Of a DNA stretch of 64,000 nucleotides, positions 1-10,414 are shown in pieces (position 1 is the stretch's first letter; every line of letters begins with the position of its first letter). Origin of the DNA: an uncultured Clostridia bacterium (lineage in GTDB: Bacteria > Bacillota > Clostridia > Christensenellales > UBA3700). A program made the translations under genes and the position numbers. The notes beneath the pieces were generated by a model. That model saw nothing but the letters and a program-made list of their open reading frames with translations. It had not been told where the DNA came from and ran no database searches. The stretch is from the NCBI GenBank assembly GCA_948471525.1, contig CAOKSY010000001.1, positions 243,465 through 307,464 on the forward strand, read 5' to 3'.

Positions 1-567
1 TATTCCCACAGCGTCTCCGCAAAGATCGGCTACGCAGTACCAGACAAAATTGTCCACTTTCAACAACAACAGTACTACGACTATTATTCCGTAAGTCAGT
101 CTTTGCGCAATTACCGATATCGCATATTTGCCTATACGGTTGGTGATCTGCAACATATACAGACTGTACGTTATCAAATTTTTCGTCACTATGCCTACTG
201 CGACAAGCGCAAAAATCAAACGGTTGGATCCGCTGAATACCGAAAGAGATACCGCCGCCATAGATATCGTGGCAAGCGAAGTAAATATCAAAAGTATTGA
301 AAACTGCGAACGTAATCTAGCCTTGTCGAGTTCTTCGTAATCGTATTTTGCATACCGCAATACAATGCCGTCCAGAAGTCCGAAATGCAACACTCCCACG
401 TAGCCTACATAGAGAACGTACGTCTGCCAATCCGCATAAGAAATCTTACCTATGTATTTAGGGACTATCAAACTCAACAGAAAACTTACTGCCATCGATA
501 TTACTTGCGTACCTATGGAAACAATAACGTTCGTCGCAAATTTTTTGGTGGTAATGCGTTGCACCAT
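1..567 (-). CDS. Polysaccharide/oligosaccharide flippase (Wzx/MOP-like), N-terminal part; gene runs off the left edge
   Basis: Not in the ORF track. I checked every in-frame minus-strand codon from ATG 567-565 to base 1 and found no stop. The translation MVQRITTKKFATNVIVSIGTQVISMAVSFLLSLIVPKYIGKISYADWQTYVLYVGYVGVLHFGLLDGIVLRYAKY... is multi-TM and flippase-like. It lies at the distal end of the glycan operon. Confidence 0.55.
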   Translation of the reverse strand, partial: MVQRITTKKFATNVIVSIGTQVISMAVSFLLSLIVPKYIGKISYADWQTYVLYVGYVGVLHFGLLDGIVLRYAKYDYEELDKARLRSQFSILLIFTSLATISMAAVSLSVFSGSNRLIFALVAVGIVTKNLITYSLYMLQITNRIGKYAISVIAQRLTYGIIVVVLLLLKVDNFVWYCVADLCGDAVGI

Positions 568-591
568 TCTATACCGTCAACCTCTCTTTTC

Positions 592-1572
592 CTATCTTAC
601 CGTCTTCATATGATCGATCATACTCTCAAACGCTTTTTCCAATCCCGTCTTGGGCCGCCATCCCAACGCCTTGAGTTTTGAGCAATCGAGATTCATCTTT
701 AATACGGGAGCATAACCCAAATGCGAAACGTCGCCGCACTCTTCGATCATTACTTTTACTTTTCCCTGTCCGAATCTGTCGGCTACGAGCTGCGCCATTT
801 GATATATGCTGCAATACGTATCTTCATTCGCCGCATTATACGCTTCCCCTACTTTTCCCTTAGCCAAAACCGTCAATATCGCTTCCGCCGCGTCTTCGGT
901 AAACAAATAATTGCGCTTTGTCTCGCCCTTGGTTTTTAGAATTATATCGCGCTTTTCCAAAATGCAACGCGCAAATTCCGCAAATACTCTCGTATCTTGA
1001 TAACATACTCCCGGTCCGAAAGTCTGCGTCAATCTTACTACTTTGGCGGGAACCGCGTACTGCGCCGCATACGACGCGCATAAACACTCGCACAAACGCT
1101 TGCTTTCGGGATATCCCGATCGCGGAGACATTGTATTTAAATTCGACGCGTGCGTCTCGGCTATCTTTTCGTCGCCGTCGGGCGCTCCGTAAACTTCCAT
1201 TGTAGAAAGATACACAAATCCTTTTACCTTATTGACGCGAGCAAATTCCAACAAATTCTCCGCGCCTTTCACCGAGCACTTGATCACCTCGGCAGGTTCA
1301 TTGATAAAAGCGCGGCTGGAAGTGATACTCGCTCCGTGGATGATATAATCCGCGCCTACGTCGACGGCTTGCACCGTTGTTACGTCGCTCTCCAAATATT
1401 CGATCCCTTCGTCGGATATATCTGCAAAAATCGCCCGCGCCCTCTTTTCGTCTCTTACGAGAGCAATGATTTTCGCTCCGCATTGCAATAGTTTGCGCGT
1501 AAGCGCTTTGCCTATAAGTCCGGTCGCTCCGGTGATCAATATGCGCTTGTCTTTAAATACCGAGTAATCCAT
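592..1572 (-). CDS. NAD(P)-dependent epimerase/dehydratase/reductase (extended SDR)
   Basis: 326 aa. Rossmann motif ILITGATGLIGKAL and catalytic YxxxK (YPESK). Adjacent to a cytidylyltransferase, as in CDP-alditol synthases. Confidence 0.85.
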   Translation of the reverse strand: MDYSVFKDKRILITGATGLIGKALTRKLLQCGAKIIALVRDEKRARAIFADISDEGIEYLESDVTTVQAVDVGADYIIHGASITSSRAFINEPAEVIKCSVKGAENLLEFARVNKVKGFVYLSTMEVYGAPDGDEKIAETHASNLNTMSPRSGYPESKRLCECLCASYAAQYAVPAKVVRLTQTFGPGVCYQDTRVFAEFARCILEKRDIILKTKGETKRNYLFTEDAAEAILTVLAKGKVGEAYNAANEDTYCSIYQMAQLVADRFGQGKVKVMIEECGDVSHLGYAPVLKMNLDCSKLKALGWRPKTGLEKAFESMIDHMKTVR

Positions 1573-1576
1573 ATCT

Positions 1577-2317
1577 TCATTCCTCGCGCTCGTCGTAGCC
1601 GTATATCTGAGCGTTTTCTTTGGCTTGCATAATAGCGCGCATAGTGTAATAATCGTCCGGCGTAGTTATCTTTATATTCTCATACGGTCCGTCGATCATA
1701 TGCAACGTAAATCCGTACGATTTCATAAGCGTGCAGGAATCTATCGAATCGCGCAGACCCTCGCTCAACGCTTTTTCGTGTACGGATAAAATATCGTCGA
1801 GAAAAAAACTCTGCGGCGCCTTTGCCACTCTCGAATTTTTGCGCGAAGGCACCTGCTCTATCACGCCGTCGTCGTTCATTACTACTATAGTCTCTTTAAC
1901 TATTCCCGCCGTGATAGCAGATCCGTGCTCTTTTACGCAATTAATATTTTCCGACAGAAGTCGTGAGCTTATCAACGGACGTACTCCGTCGTGTATAAGT
2001 ACTATCGCATTCTCTTTTCCTACGATCTCGCGAGCGGCGCGAAGTCCCCCGTAAATAGATAGTTGTCCCGTCTCTCCGCCTTCGACAATCTTCTTGACTT
2101 TCTCTATCCTGAATTTATAAAGCAATTCCTTTAAATATGGTATCCATTCTTTTACGCATGCGATGACGACCGCGTCTATTTCGACGTTGTTCTCAAAGTG
2201 TTCCAACGTGTGTATAATGATCGGTTTGCCGTAAATCTCGAGGAACTGTTTGGGCTTTGTCTTGCTTTTCATTCGGCTTCCCACACCGCCTGCAAAAATA
2301 ACGCCTATATTCTTCAT
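1577..2317 (-). CDS. IspD/TarI-family sugar- or alditol-phosphate cytidylyltransferase
   Basis: 246 aa. N-terminal nucleotidyltransferase signature GVIFAGGVGSRMKSKTKPKQF. Confidence 0.85.
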   Translation of the reverse strand: MKNIGVIFAGGVGSRMKSKTKPKQFLEIYGKPIIIHTLEHFENNVEIDAVVIACVKEWIPYLKELLYKFRIEKVKKIVEGGETGQLSIYGGLRAAREIVGKENAIVLIHDGVRPLISSRLLSENINCVKEHGSAITAGIVKETIVVMNDDGVIEQVPSRKNSRVAKAPQSFFLDDILSVHEKALSEGLRDSIDSCTLMKSYGFTLHMIDGPYENIKITTPDDYYTMRAIMQAKENAQIYGYDEREE

Positions 2318-2318
2318 T

Positions 2319-3674
2319 CTACGCGCCTCCCTTTTCTGTACTTTCCGTCATTTGTTTTACGCTGATTTTCTCTTTATAACGCGCCTCTTTTTTCCCGTAT
2401 ACGAAATAGTATACCAACGCTACCCAAACAATTTCATATATAAATCCCAAGTGGAATCTTCTGATAAACTGCTCAAGTATAGGGAAGAAAACTATCGGAT
2501 AGATAAGCATACAGTACAATATCCAACTGTATCCGTACTTGTTGCTTTTCATCTTTAAGAAGAGTTTCTGGAAAAACATTCCTATTGCAAACGGGAAAAT
2601 TATTACGCCGAAATATCCGAAATCCTCTACGTAAGGCTTCAACGCGGTATATATATTCGAACTGAATACGTATCCGTTGGGCGAGCTAAACTCTATAAAC
2701 GCGTCAAATCTGTCAACTCCCGTATTGGGTATATATAAACCAAAGCGTCCAATGATCGAATTAATTGCGTTTATCAACGTAGAAAAGGTAGACTGCCCGT
2801 ATAAAAGCGGTTCGTCAAAATTCTCTATCCACAGATTGAAATCATATATGCCCGATCCGCCGTAAATGCTGAGCGACTTGAGAATGCCCGAACTGTACTG
2901 TTTGCTCTTGCCCAAAAGGAAAAAGATAATTACAAGCATCAAAAACAACAGTATAACTTTGATAACGATGCTTTCGTTTACGTTTTTCTTCTTTGTATTC
3001 TCTCTGAAAAACAACACAAAAAGACAGATAAAATATATCGCGTATCTCAAGAATATATTTCTGTCCGAAGATACCATTACGGTAACTATGAAGACAAAAA
3101 TCGGCAACGTCAATTTTATGATGCTGAAAGCTCTGCCTCTCGAGTATATTTCTTGAAATAGCCTGTAAGTATTGACGTAAGCAACGGCAACTGTGATCTC
3201 AAGCAACTGATTAAATACAAAACCGGGAGAATATCCTCCTACTACGCTCTCGTATATGCGTCTCAATCTTTCGCTGATAGATCCTGCGCCGCCTACGTCG
3301 GACAATAATTTCCAGCAATACAGTCCCGCGGCTATCACCGAAACAAATATAAAAAACAACTCGGGATAATTCTTCTTGGGCAGTTCTTTCTTCAAAGACA
3401 CCCTTCCCTCAGCTGCGAAGGCAACGTTTTTTTGCGGCGCGAAACTCTTTATGACAAACGCGCCTACGCCGAAGGATATCAACGCGGTAGTAATATACAG
3501 TACGAACGTTCCGTTTATCCTGACAGACCAATTATTGTAATTCAACAGTACTATCGAATATGCGGTAAGTATCGCCAGACACAGCAAAAACCAAGGCGAG
3601 AGCAAGTCACGCTTTCCGGAAAAATATGCCGTTGCCAAAAGCACACACAAAATTACCAGCATAAATACTGTCAT
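2319..3674 (-). CDS. Polytopic membrane protein, probable glycan polymerase (Wzy/EpsG-like)
   Basis: 451 aa, hydrophobic throughout with many TM segments and no soluble domain. The assignment rests on operon context only. Confidence 0.5.
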   Translation of the reverse strand: MTVFMLVILCVLLATAYFSGKRDLLSPWFLLCLAILTAYSIVLLNYNNWSVRINGTFVLYITTALISFGVGAFVIKSFAPQKNVAFAAEGRVSLKKELPKKNYPELFFIFVSVIAAGLYCWKLLSDVGGAGSISERLRRIYESVVGGYSPGFVFNQLLEITVAVAYVNTYRLFQEIYSRGRAFSIIKLTLPIFVFIVTVMVSSDRNIFLRYAIYFICLFVLFFRENTKKKNVNESIVIKVILLFLMLVIIFFLLGKSKQYSSGILKSLSIYGGSGIYDFNLWIENFDEPLLYGQSTFSTLINAINSIIGRFGLYIPNTGVDRFDAFIEFSSPNGYVFSSNIYTALKPYVEDFGYFGVIIFPFAIGMFFQKLFLKMKSNKYGYSWILYCMLIYPIVFFPILEQFIRRFHLGFIYEIVWVALVYYFVYGKKEARYKEKISVKQMTESTEKGGA

Positions 3675-3701
3675 ATAGATCTCCGTACTCCTCCCGTTGT
3701 T

Positions 3702-4625
3702 TTAAAAATATCCCAGCGTTACTTTCATCAAGAATCCGAAATAACTTTCTTTCGTATATGAACGAAGCAATTTGTTATTCTTCATTATTCTATGTTTCCC
3801 GCCGAGCGTATTTATATCCGCGCAAACTTTTATCAGAGGGAAATTTTTTGCCTGTTCGGGAAACTTTTCCAAAATTTCTTTCGCCAATGCGCTCCTTCCG
3901 TTGCGGAACTTCTTCTTGAAAACTTTTTTGGTTTTTTCCTTTATTTTTTTTGCAAGGCCGTCCTCGTATGCTCCGACGACGTTATTTTCGTGTTGACGGT
4001 ACTTCATAAACGATCTTTCGTCATAGATGATTCCGCCGTTGATCGACGCCGTCATCGCCAGCCACACGTCGTGAATCCTGTTGCGCAAAAGTTCCTCGGA
4101 CGGGCGGCTTTTTTTATCTGTGATCGCTTCATACAGGCTGCGCTTAAAAACCATTGTGCATCCCGCGAGCGTATTCTTCTCCAAAATCGCAATAGGGTCG
4201 AGATGTATTTGACTGTCTCTCCCATATCTCAATCCCAGAGAATTGCCGTATTTATCCACACACTCCTGATTTGAAGCATATAAAACTTTGTCGCTCTGCT
4301 CAAGCATCGCCACGGCTGCGGCAAGCTTATCTTCTTCCCATATATCATCCTGATCCGCAAACGAATAGTAATCGTGATCGCCTTCGACAGAATATAAAAG
4401 GTTCATAAAGCTGTTGCCAACGCCGACGTTTCCTTCGATAAACAACTTTACGTTGTCGTTGTCTTCCGCATAAGCGGACAGTATCTCCAGCGTGGAATCC
4501 TTTGAGCCGTCGTCTCTGATAAAAAGTTCCACATCCACTCCGGTTTGGTTGAGAATGCTGTCAATTTGTTCTTTGATAAATTTTTCGCCGTTGTACGCGC
4601 TCAACATAACCGCTACTTTACTCAT
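3702..4625 (-). CDS. Glycosyltransferase family 2
   Basis: 307 aa. GT-A signature VAVMLSAYNGEKFIKEQIDSILNQT, DDGSKD, ADQDD. Confidence 0.85.
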   Translation of the reverse strand: MSKVAVMLSAYNGEKFIKEQIDSILNQTGVDVELFIRDDGSKDSTLEILSAYAEDNDNVKLFIEGNVGVGNSFMNLLYSVEGDHDYYSFADQDDIWEEDKLAAAVAMLEQSDKVLYASNQECVDKYGNSLGLRYGRDSQIHLDPIAILEKNTLAGCTMVFKRSLYEAITDKKSRPSEELLRNRIHDVWLAMTASINGGIIYDERSFMKYRQHENNVVGAYEDGLAKKIKEKTKKVFKKKFRNGRSALAKEILEKFPEQAKNFPLIKVCADINTLGGKHRIMKNNKLLRSYTKESYFGFLMKVTLGYF

Positions 4626-5458
4626 TGACCGTCAGCCTCCTTGACGTACGCCTTGAAAGAGTGATGGGACACTCTCTTTTCTTCTGGCGGCAACTTCATA
4701 TAATCCCCGTAAATACTCGAAAGATAAGTATCGTATTTTGCCACTGCATAAAACTCCTTATTTTCAAACGGTATTTTCATCAAATCGGTAAATACGCTCT
4801 TTTCCAAGATCTCTTTCTCGCGATACGCCCCGCCCACTGCCGCGGCAAATCCTACTTGATCAAAATCTATTTTCTTGTATTTTTTCTGAATCTTATCGAA
4901 CAGTTTCCGTTTATTGACAAAGCGACTGAGTATAAACATTCCCAATCTAAAAGGTTCGTAATACCAAGCGTGGGTCTTTGATTTAAAATATCTCTTCCAC
5001 TGAGCCGCAACGAGAAGCGCCCTATTGAACGACGTCGAATTGAATATCTTTTTTGCTTTTTTATAGGTATCCGCAAGTCCGTCTATAGGAAATATATCTA
5101 TGAATACTCCTATTTTTTCTTCATAATCGCAAGTGTTTTCATCTATAAGTACGGTCGAGGTATCGTACACTTTTGCCGACAAGTCCACAAAAGACTTGTC
5201 CGTCTCCCATGATTTGATCTTGAACGGCACGTCGTCATGAGTCAGGCAATATTTTATAAACGCGTCATAATCGGGTCGCGGCATCATTATGTCTATATCG
5301 TCGTCCCAAGGTATGAACCCGCCGTGTCTCACAGCGCCCAACAGAGTTCCTCCGCCCAAAGAATACCTAAACCCCTTTTTTTCGCATATATCGTGAACTT
5401 CCGAAAGCAATCTTATTTCGACGTCTTTCAGTTGTTGCAAACTCAATTCTTCCATCAA
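4622..5458 (-). CDS. licD: LicD-family phosphotransferase (transfers phospho-alcohol/phosphocholine-type groups from CDP donors)
   Basis: 278 aa. LicD core LGGGTLLGAVRHGGFIPWDDDIDIMMPR. 4-nt overlaps with both neighbours. Confidence 0.85.
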   Translation of the reverse strand: MMEELSLQQLKDVEIRLLSEVHDICEKKGFRYSLGGGTLLGAVRHGGFIPWDDDIDIMMPRPDYDAFIKYCLTHDDVPFKIKSWETDKSFVDLSAKVYDTSTVLIDENTCDYEEKIGVFIDIFPIDGLADTYKKAKKIFNSTSFNRALLVAAQWKRYFKSKTHAWYYEPFRLGMFILSRFVNKRKLFDKIQKKYKKIDFDQVGFAAAVGGAYREKEILEKSVFTDLMKIPFENKEFYAVAKYDTYLSSIYGDYMKLPPEEKRVSHHSFKAYVKEADGQ

Positions 5459-6306
5459 TCCTGCTTGTCCTTAGATTTAATTTTTTTTCTCAAAACGGTC
5501 TTGTATAAAATCTTTTTTACCCATTTCGGCATGATTATGAAGCAAAAACATCTAAAATTGCTCATTGCCTCGGTTAGACGGGAATGTTTGCCGTTTTGAC
5601 GCAGATACTTTTGATCTTTCTTCCAATCCCTGTATATTCTCATATCGTGACGTCTGCCGACCATATCGTTGCCGACGCGCACTTTGACCAATATTTTCTG
5701 AATATTATAAAACTTTGCGCCGCTGACCCACATATGCGCATAGGCCGAATAGTCCTCGTTTACCGTATCTCTGCCGTAACCGCCTGCGTCTATTATCGCT
5801 TGCTTGCGCATCATAACCGTCACATTGTTCAACGGCATTCTCTTGCGGAACATTTTGACGATATCTTCGTGAAGTTCGGGTACTTCTCGGACAGTGCTTA
5901 CGATTTCCGGATCGTCGTCAAACTCTGCGATCCATCCGCCGACAACGAAAATATCCGGATTTTCTTCCAGTATTCTATACTCTTGCTCGAATCTGTCGGA
6001 CAAGCACAAATCGTCGGAATCCATACGCGCAAAAATATCGTTCTTGATATATTCCAGACCTTTAGCGGACGCTTTGCTCTGTCCCAAGTTTTCGGGTAAA
6101 TAGACGATTTCCATAATTTCCGGAAACTTCTCTTTATATCCGGCTATCACGTCGTTCAACTCGTCGGGTATAGGCCCGTCTACGACCAAAACCATTTGAT
6201 CGGGCGTCACCGTCTGATCGACTAATACGCTGTTTAACGAAGCGTCCAAAAACTGCGGTTTTTCGCCTCTATAAGTTGTCATCAGGACAGAAAATTCTTT
6301 GACCAC
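5455..6306 (-). CDS. Glycosyltransferase family 2
   Basis: 283 aa. SVLMTTYRGEKPQFLDASLNSVL, VVDGP, DSDD motifs. Confidence 0.8.
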   Translation of the reverse strand: MVKEFSVLMTTYRGEKPQFLDASLNSVLVDQTVTPDQMVLVVDGPIPDELNDVIAGYKEKFPEIMEIVYLPENLGQSKASAKGLEYIKNDIFARMDSDDLCLSDRFEQEYRILEENPDIFVVGGWIAEFDDDPEIVSTVREVPELHEDIVKMFRKRMPLNNVTVMMRKQAIIDAGGYGRDTVNEDYSAYAHMWVSGAKFYNIQKILVKVRVGNDMVGRRHDMRIYRDWKKDQKYLRQNGKHSRLTEAMSNFRCFCFIIMPKWVKKILYKTVLRKKIKSKDKQD

Positions 6307-6309
6307 GTC

Positions 6310-7230
6310 TCAATATACCTCCGTCAGCCATTCTTTATATTTGGGGAACTGTCCTCTGACGATCTGCAAATAAAGTTTGTGTATCGTATCGGTGACTGAA
6401 TTCTCTATCGTCGGCAATTCATACTTGTCCACTGACAGTATAGGCGTGATCTCCATTGCCGAACCGCACAGGAACGCTTCGTCGCAGGTATACAGCTCAG
6501 TACGGTCGATGCTTCTTTCCTCAACTCGGATATTGAGATCGTCTCTCGCTATCTTTATTACGGTATCTCTCGTAATGCTTTCCAATACGCTGTCTGTCAA
6601 AAGCGGCGTGTAAAGCACCCCGTCTCTGACCATAAACAAACAAGATCCGGGACCTTCGGATACGGTGCCGTTTTCATTTATAAATATAGCGGTATCATAG
6701 CCGTTTCTCAAAGCCTCGAGCTGGGCCATTCTGCTGTTTATATAATTTGCTCCGCACTTTATTCTGGGCGAAAGACTGTTATCCGATATGCGACGCCAAG
6801 AACTTATACTGCATCTCAAACCTTTTTTGTTGTACTCCGCGTTTGTTTTTCTCTTAGGAACAGGCGAGATAAACATATTCACCGGACTGCTCGAACTCCA
6901 AGAGCCGAATCCGTCGATAAACAGCGTCTGTCTGACAGCGATATCCTCGCGGTATTTATTTGCAAGCACGGTATCCAAAAAAGCTTTTTTCAATTCTTCA
7001 AAAGTGAATTTGTCTTCCATGCACATAAGTTTTTGCGATCTCTTCAATCGCTTTATATGATCGTCCAAACGAAAAGCATACAACTGATTTTCGCTTTCGT
7101 TGTAATAACAGCGCACTCCTTCAAAGACGTTAAGTCCAAACTGCGCGGTAGGCGCAAGTACGTTTATCTTTGCGTCGTTTACGTCCACTATTTTTCCGTC
7201 AAACCATATAAATCTGCTTTCGGTTTTCAC
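6310..7230 (-). CDS. Class IV aminotransferase (branched-chain/D-amino-acid aminotransferase fold)
   Basis: 306 aa. FGLNVFEGVRCY, RIKCGANYINS (PLP lysine region), SEGPGSCLFMV. Confidence 0.8.
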   Translation of the reverse strand: MKTESRFIWFDGKIVDVNDAKINVLAPTAQFGLNVFEGVRCYYNESENQLYAFRLDDHIKRLKRSQKLMCMEDKFTFEELKKAFLDTVLANKYREDIAVRQTLFIDGFGSWSSSSPVNMFISPVPKRKTNAEYNKKGLRCSISSWRRISDNSLSPRIKCGANYINSRMAQLEALRNGYDTAIFINENGTVSEGPGSCLFMVRDGVLYTPLLTDSVLESITRDTVIKIARDDLNIRVEERSIDRTELYTCDEAFLCGSAMEITPILSVDKYELPTIENSVTDTIHKLYLQIVRGQFPKYKEWLTEVY

Positions 7231-7231
7231 T

Positions 7232-8071
7232 TTATCCCTCCGTTATTTCCTGATTATTTTCGCCGTCTTTATTTTCGCCGTTCTCGGTCTCAGATTGCGG
7301 CTGATCTTCGATCGTATCGGCTCCGCCTTCGCCGTCGATATTGATTTCTTCCGTATCTTTTCCCGCGATATCCGCCGAATCTTCATCGGGAAGATGAGCA
7401 AGCCTTATTATTTCTTCTTCGGCAAGTTTTGCAGATTCCGCATCGGAAAGAGCGTCGTCTACTTTTTCTTCGCAGATATTCTTTTTTGCAAATACCTTAC
7501 CCACCGTACCGAACAGAATTTTTATATCTATCCAAATTCCTTTTTTTCTGAAAAGATCTATGTATTCGTTATCGTAACCTACTTTTTCTTCCCAAGAATT
7601 TTCGTTTCTGCCTTTTATCTGCGCCAATCCCGTAATTCCCGCGCGCACTTCAAAGCGTTTTTTATACTTGCGATTGAGAGTATCGAAATCTCCAAGTTCG
7701 TATTCCACGCAAGGGCGGGGTCCTACTATCGACAGATCTCCTTTTATTACGTTGAACAGTTGAGGCAGTTCGTCGAGACTTGTACTTCTCAAAAATCTTC
7801 CTACTTTTGTGACTCTGGGATCGCCTGCGTAATTGAATATGCCCACGTCCTGTTTTTCGGCGTTGACTACCATCGAACGGAATTTATACATAGTAAAAAC
7901 GCGCCCGTTTTTAGTTCTGCGTTTCTGCTTAAAAAGCACCGGGCCTTTGGAATCGCATTTTATTGCTATAGCCAATATTATCCAGACCGGCAAAAGCAAG
8001 ATCACCAGCAGAAGGGACGATGTAAAATCAAATAATCTCTTAAAAAATCTGTTGATAGCAACCATTCTCAA
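7232..8071 (-). CDS. Priming sugar-phosphate transferase (bacterial sugar transferase family, WbaP/EpsL-like)
   Basis: 279 aa. One N-terminal TM, then KGPVLFKQKRRTKNGRVFTMYKFRSM and DELPQLFNVIKGDLSIVGPRP. Acidic low-complexity C-terminal tail. Confidence 0.85.
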   Translation of the reverse strand: MRMVAINRFFKRLFDFTSSLLLVILLLPVWIILAIAIKCDSKGPVLFKQKRRTKNGRVFTMYKFRSMVVNAEKQDVGIFNYAGDPRVTKVGRFLRSTSLDELPQLFNVIKGDLSIVGPRPCVEYELGDFDTLNRKYKKRFEVRAGITGLAQIKGRNENSWEEKVGYDNEYIDLFRKKGIWIDIKILFGTVGKVFAKKNICEEKVDDALSDAESAKLAEEEIIRLAHLPDEDSADIAGKDTEEINIDGEGGADTIEDQPQSETENGENKDGENNQEITEG

Positions 8072-10116
8072 CTCCTTTCAAAACTGAACGTATGAAATAA
8101 GTCGTCAAAATTCTCGGCTCTCTTGACAATTTCCGCTTTTCCGTCCTCGATGTCCAACATCGGGAAGTTAGGCAATATAAACGGCGGCTTGAGCACTACG
8201 GAATAGGAACCGACGTTGCCGAATACAACTATATCTCCTACCGCCAATTCTCCGTTGTAACCGCGATATAAGTAATCGGATTCTATACAGGTAAAACCTC
8301 CGAAATCCAAACCTTCGTATCTTTTACGCTCTCCGCGTCCGACCGGCACTAAAGTAAGCGGCGGATTTTTCTTGTTGAGAGTAGGATTTATGTTATAGAT
8401 ACTTCCCAGCAAAGTCGCGATCGACTTGCCCCTTACGGTTTTGATCCCGCTCACGCGAGCGGCAAAACGCATACAGTCTCCGACAAGCGCGGAACCCGGT
8501 TCTATCAAGAGCGTAGGACGTTTGGTTTCATTCTCATAACGTTTTTTGAAAATAGGCGCTACTTCCGCCGCATATTCGGCGTAAGTAGGGATCTTAGTAT
8601 CAAATTGCGCTTTGAGAGAATCGTCCATTTTACCGAACAAACCTCCGCCGAGATCTACGTAGTCGGGACACAGGCCGTGCTTATCCAAAAGCTCGATCAT
8701 CTTCTCCGCTCTCGGTCTCCAAGTATGCAACGCGCGCGTGGCAAAATGACATTGCATTCCGTTCAAAGTCAGATTTTTCTTTTCGCGCACAAGAGCGAGC
8801 GCGTCGGCAAATTCCTTTGATTCGACATCGAATCCAAATCTGGAAACCACATTGTCTCCTATGTCGAAATTACAACGGATTCCCACCCTCAAATTGCTGT
8901 CGGGATAAGCCTCGGCAATACGTCTGATATTTTCCGTATCCGTAGCGTTATCCAAATTGACTACGCCGCCTCTTAAAAGCAGTTCTTCCACTTTTTTAGT
9001 ATTTTTATACGGACCGTTCCAAATAATATTCTCGGGCGCGACGCCTACGCCGAGCGCGATCTCCATTTCCATATCCGATACGACTTCCGCAAAACCGCCG
9101 AGTTCATTGACGATCCGACACAGTTTCGGAGTATAATTGGTCTTATACGAATAAGCGATATTAAAGTCGGGATATATATCGGCAAACGCCTTTTTTAACT
9201 CCAGAAAATTCTTTTTAAATTGCAAAGAATCGAGTATATAAAACGCGTCGCCGTATTCGTTCATCAACTTGTCCAGCATATCGTTTATTTTTTTTACTGT
9301 CATACTTTCCACCACCTTCTGCACGCACGCTTTGACTTCTTCCGCATTTTTATCAAATTGGTTTTTATCGGCCTTGGCAGCTACTTTTTCCACTTCTCTC
9401 ATCTCTTGAAGATTTTCTTTAAAGATTTTCTCTATCGAATCAATATCTTTCGTTATGCCGGTATCGCAAAAACTGCGAGACAGTATAACGCGCGACGAAC
9501 CTAATCTGTAATGCTCGAATAAAATCTTTTCTGCAGGCAAACTTCCCTGTCCTATCTTTGCTATCCCGCCGAATCCGTAAGGAATACCCGCTCTATCGAG
9601 TTTTTTGCAGATCCTCTCTACCGTTCCGTTTGCAAGAAGCTCGAACATAAATGTCAGACCGTAACTTAAATGCAAGTCGTTTAGTCCGATATGAATCTCG
9701 TCGGGACGGTATTTTTCCAATACGGTATCCAGACATTGCTCGGCTTCTGCGGTTTCCAACAAAAGCACCGTTTTCGCTCTTTTGTTTACCGCTTTGAGAA
9801 AGGCTCCGACTTCCTCGACGCTCTTCCACATCGGCAACATTATTACGTCCGCGCCGCCGTCGATTACTTTTTCTATCTCTTCTTCGGAATTTTTATTCCA
9901 TCCGTTGATCCTTACCAACAATTCTGAAGTCGTAAGAACGGATTTTATTTTTTTTACATCCTCGATAGCGTGATTAGATTTGACGGTATTCATACCGTGC
10001 TGCCTTTCTTCTTTCCCCAAAGTCTCGAGATCTACCCAAATGCGGTCAACTCCGTATTTTTCAGCAATCAAAGCTACTTCTCTATCGTTGGTTATATACA
10101 TTAATTTCATAGCCAT
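8068..10116 (-). CDS. Fusion protein: HpcH/HpaI-like aldolase (TIM barrel) + fold-type III PLP-dependent decarboxylase (Orn/DAP/Arg family)
   Basis: 682 aa. Residues ~1-250 carry GGADVIMLPMWKSVEEV, LLLETAEA and DEIHIGLNDLHLSYGL. Residues ~285-682 carry YSYKTN, DLGGGL, LIEPGSALVG and FTCIESDYL. First gene of the operon, with a 4-nt overlap with the next gene. Confidence 0.7.
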   Translation of the reverse strand: MAMKLMYITNDREVALIAEKYGVDRIWVDLETLGKEERQHGMNTVKSNHAIEDVKKIKSVLTTSELLVRINGWNKNSEEEIEKVIDGGADVIMLPMWKSVEEVGAFLKAVNKRAKTVLLLETAEAEQCLDTVLEKYRPDEIHIGLNDLHLSYGLTFMFELLANGTVERICKKLDRAGIPYGFGGIAKIGQGSLPAEKILFEHYRLGSSRVILSRSFCDTGITKDIDSIEKIFKENLQEMREVEKVAAKADKNQFDKNAEEVKACVQKVVESMTVKKINDMLDKLMNEYGDAFYILDSLQFKKNFLELKKAFADIYPDFNIAYSYKTNYTPKLCRIVNELGGFAEVVSDMEMEIALGVGVAPENIIWNGPYKNTKKVEELLLRGGVVNLDNATDTENIRRIAEAYPDSNLRVGIRCNFDIGDNVVSRFGFDVESKEFADALALVREKKNLTLNGMQCHFATRALHTWRPRAEKMIELLDKHGLCPDYVDLGGGLFGKMDDSLKAQFDTKIPTYAEYAAEVAPIFKKRYENETKRPTLLIEPGSALVGDCMRFAARVSGIKTVRGKSIATLLGSIYNINPTLNKKNPPLTLVPVGRGERKRYEGLDFGGFTCIESDYLYRGYNGELAVGDIVVFGNVGSYSVVLKPPFILPNFPMLDIEDGKAEIVKRAENFDDLFHTFSFERS

Positions 10117-10414
10117 TTATCACAGATCTCCGTCGCAGAACCGTTTTGAGAGTTTAATTTCTGCACCGCGACAATTTTTTTACAGTATACCATACTGAAA
10201 TATTAAAAGCAAGTACTTTATATTTAATAAATATATATAAGTATATCGGCTCGACGTTTAAGTCTATTTATATTCCCGTTAAAATTATTTATTTGCGCCC
10301 TTAATTATCATATTCATTATATATTTTTTCATAACTGTTCATTAATTTAATTGCGCGTCATTCACCGATTTTTTTTACAATTTTTTAAAAATAGGGGTTG
10401 TATTATATCACTTT

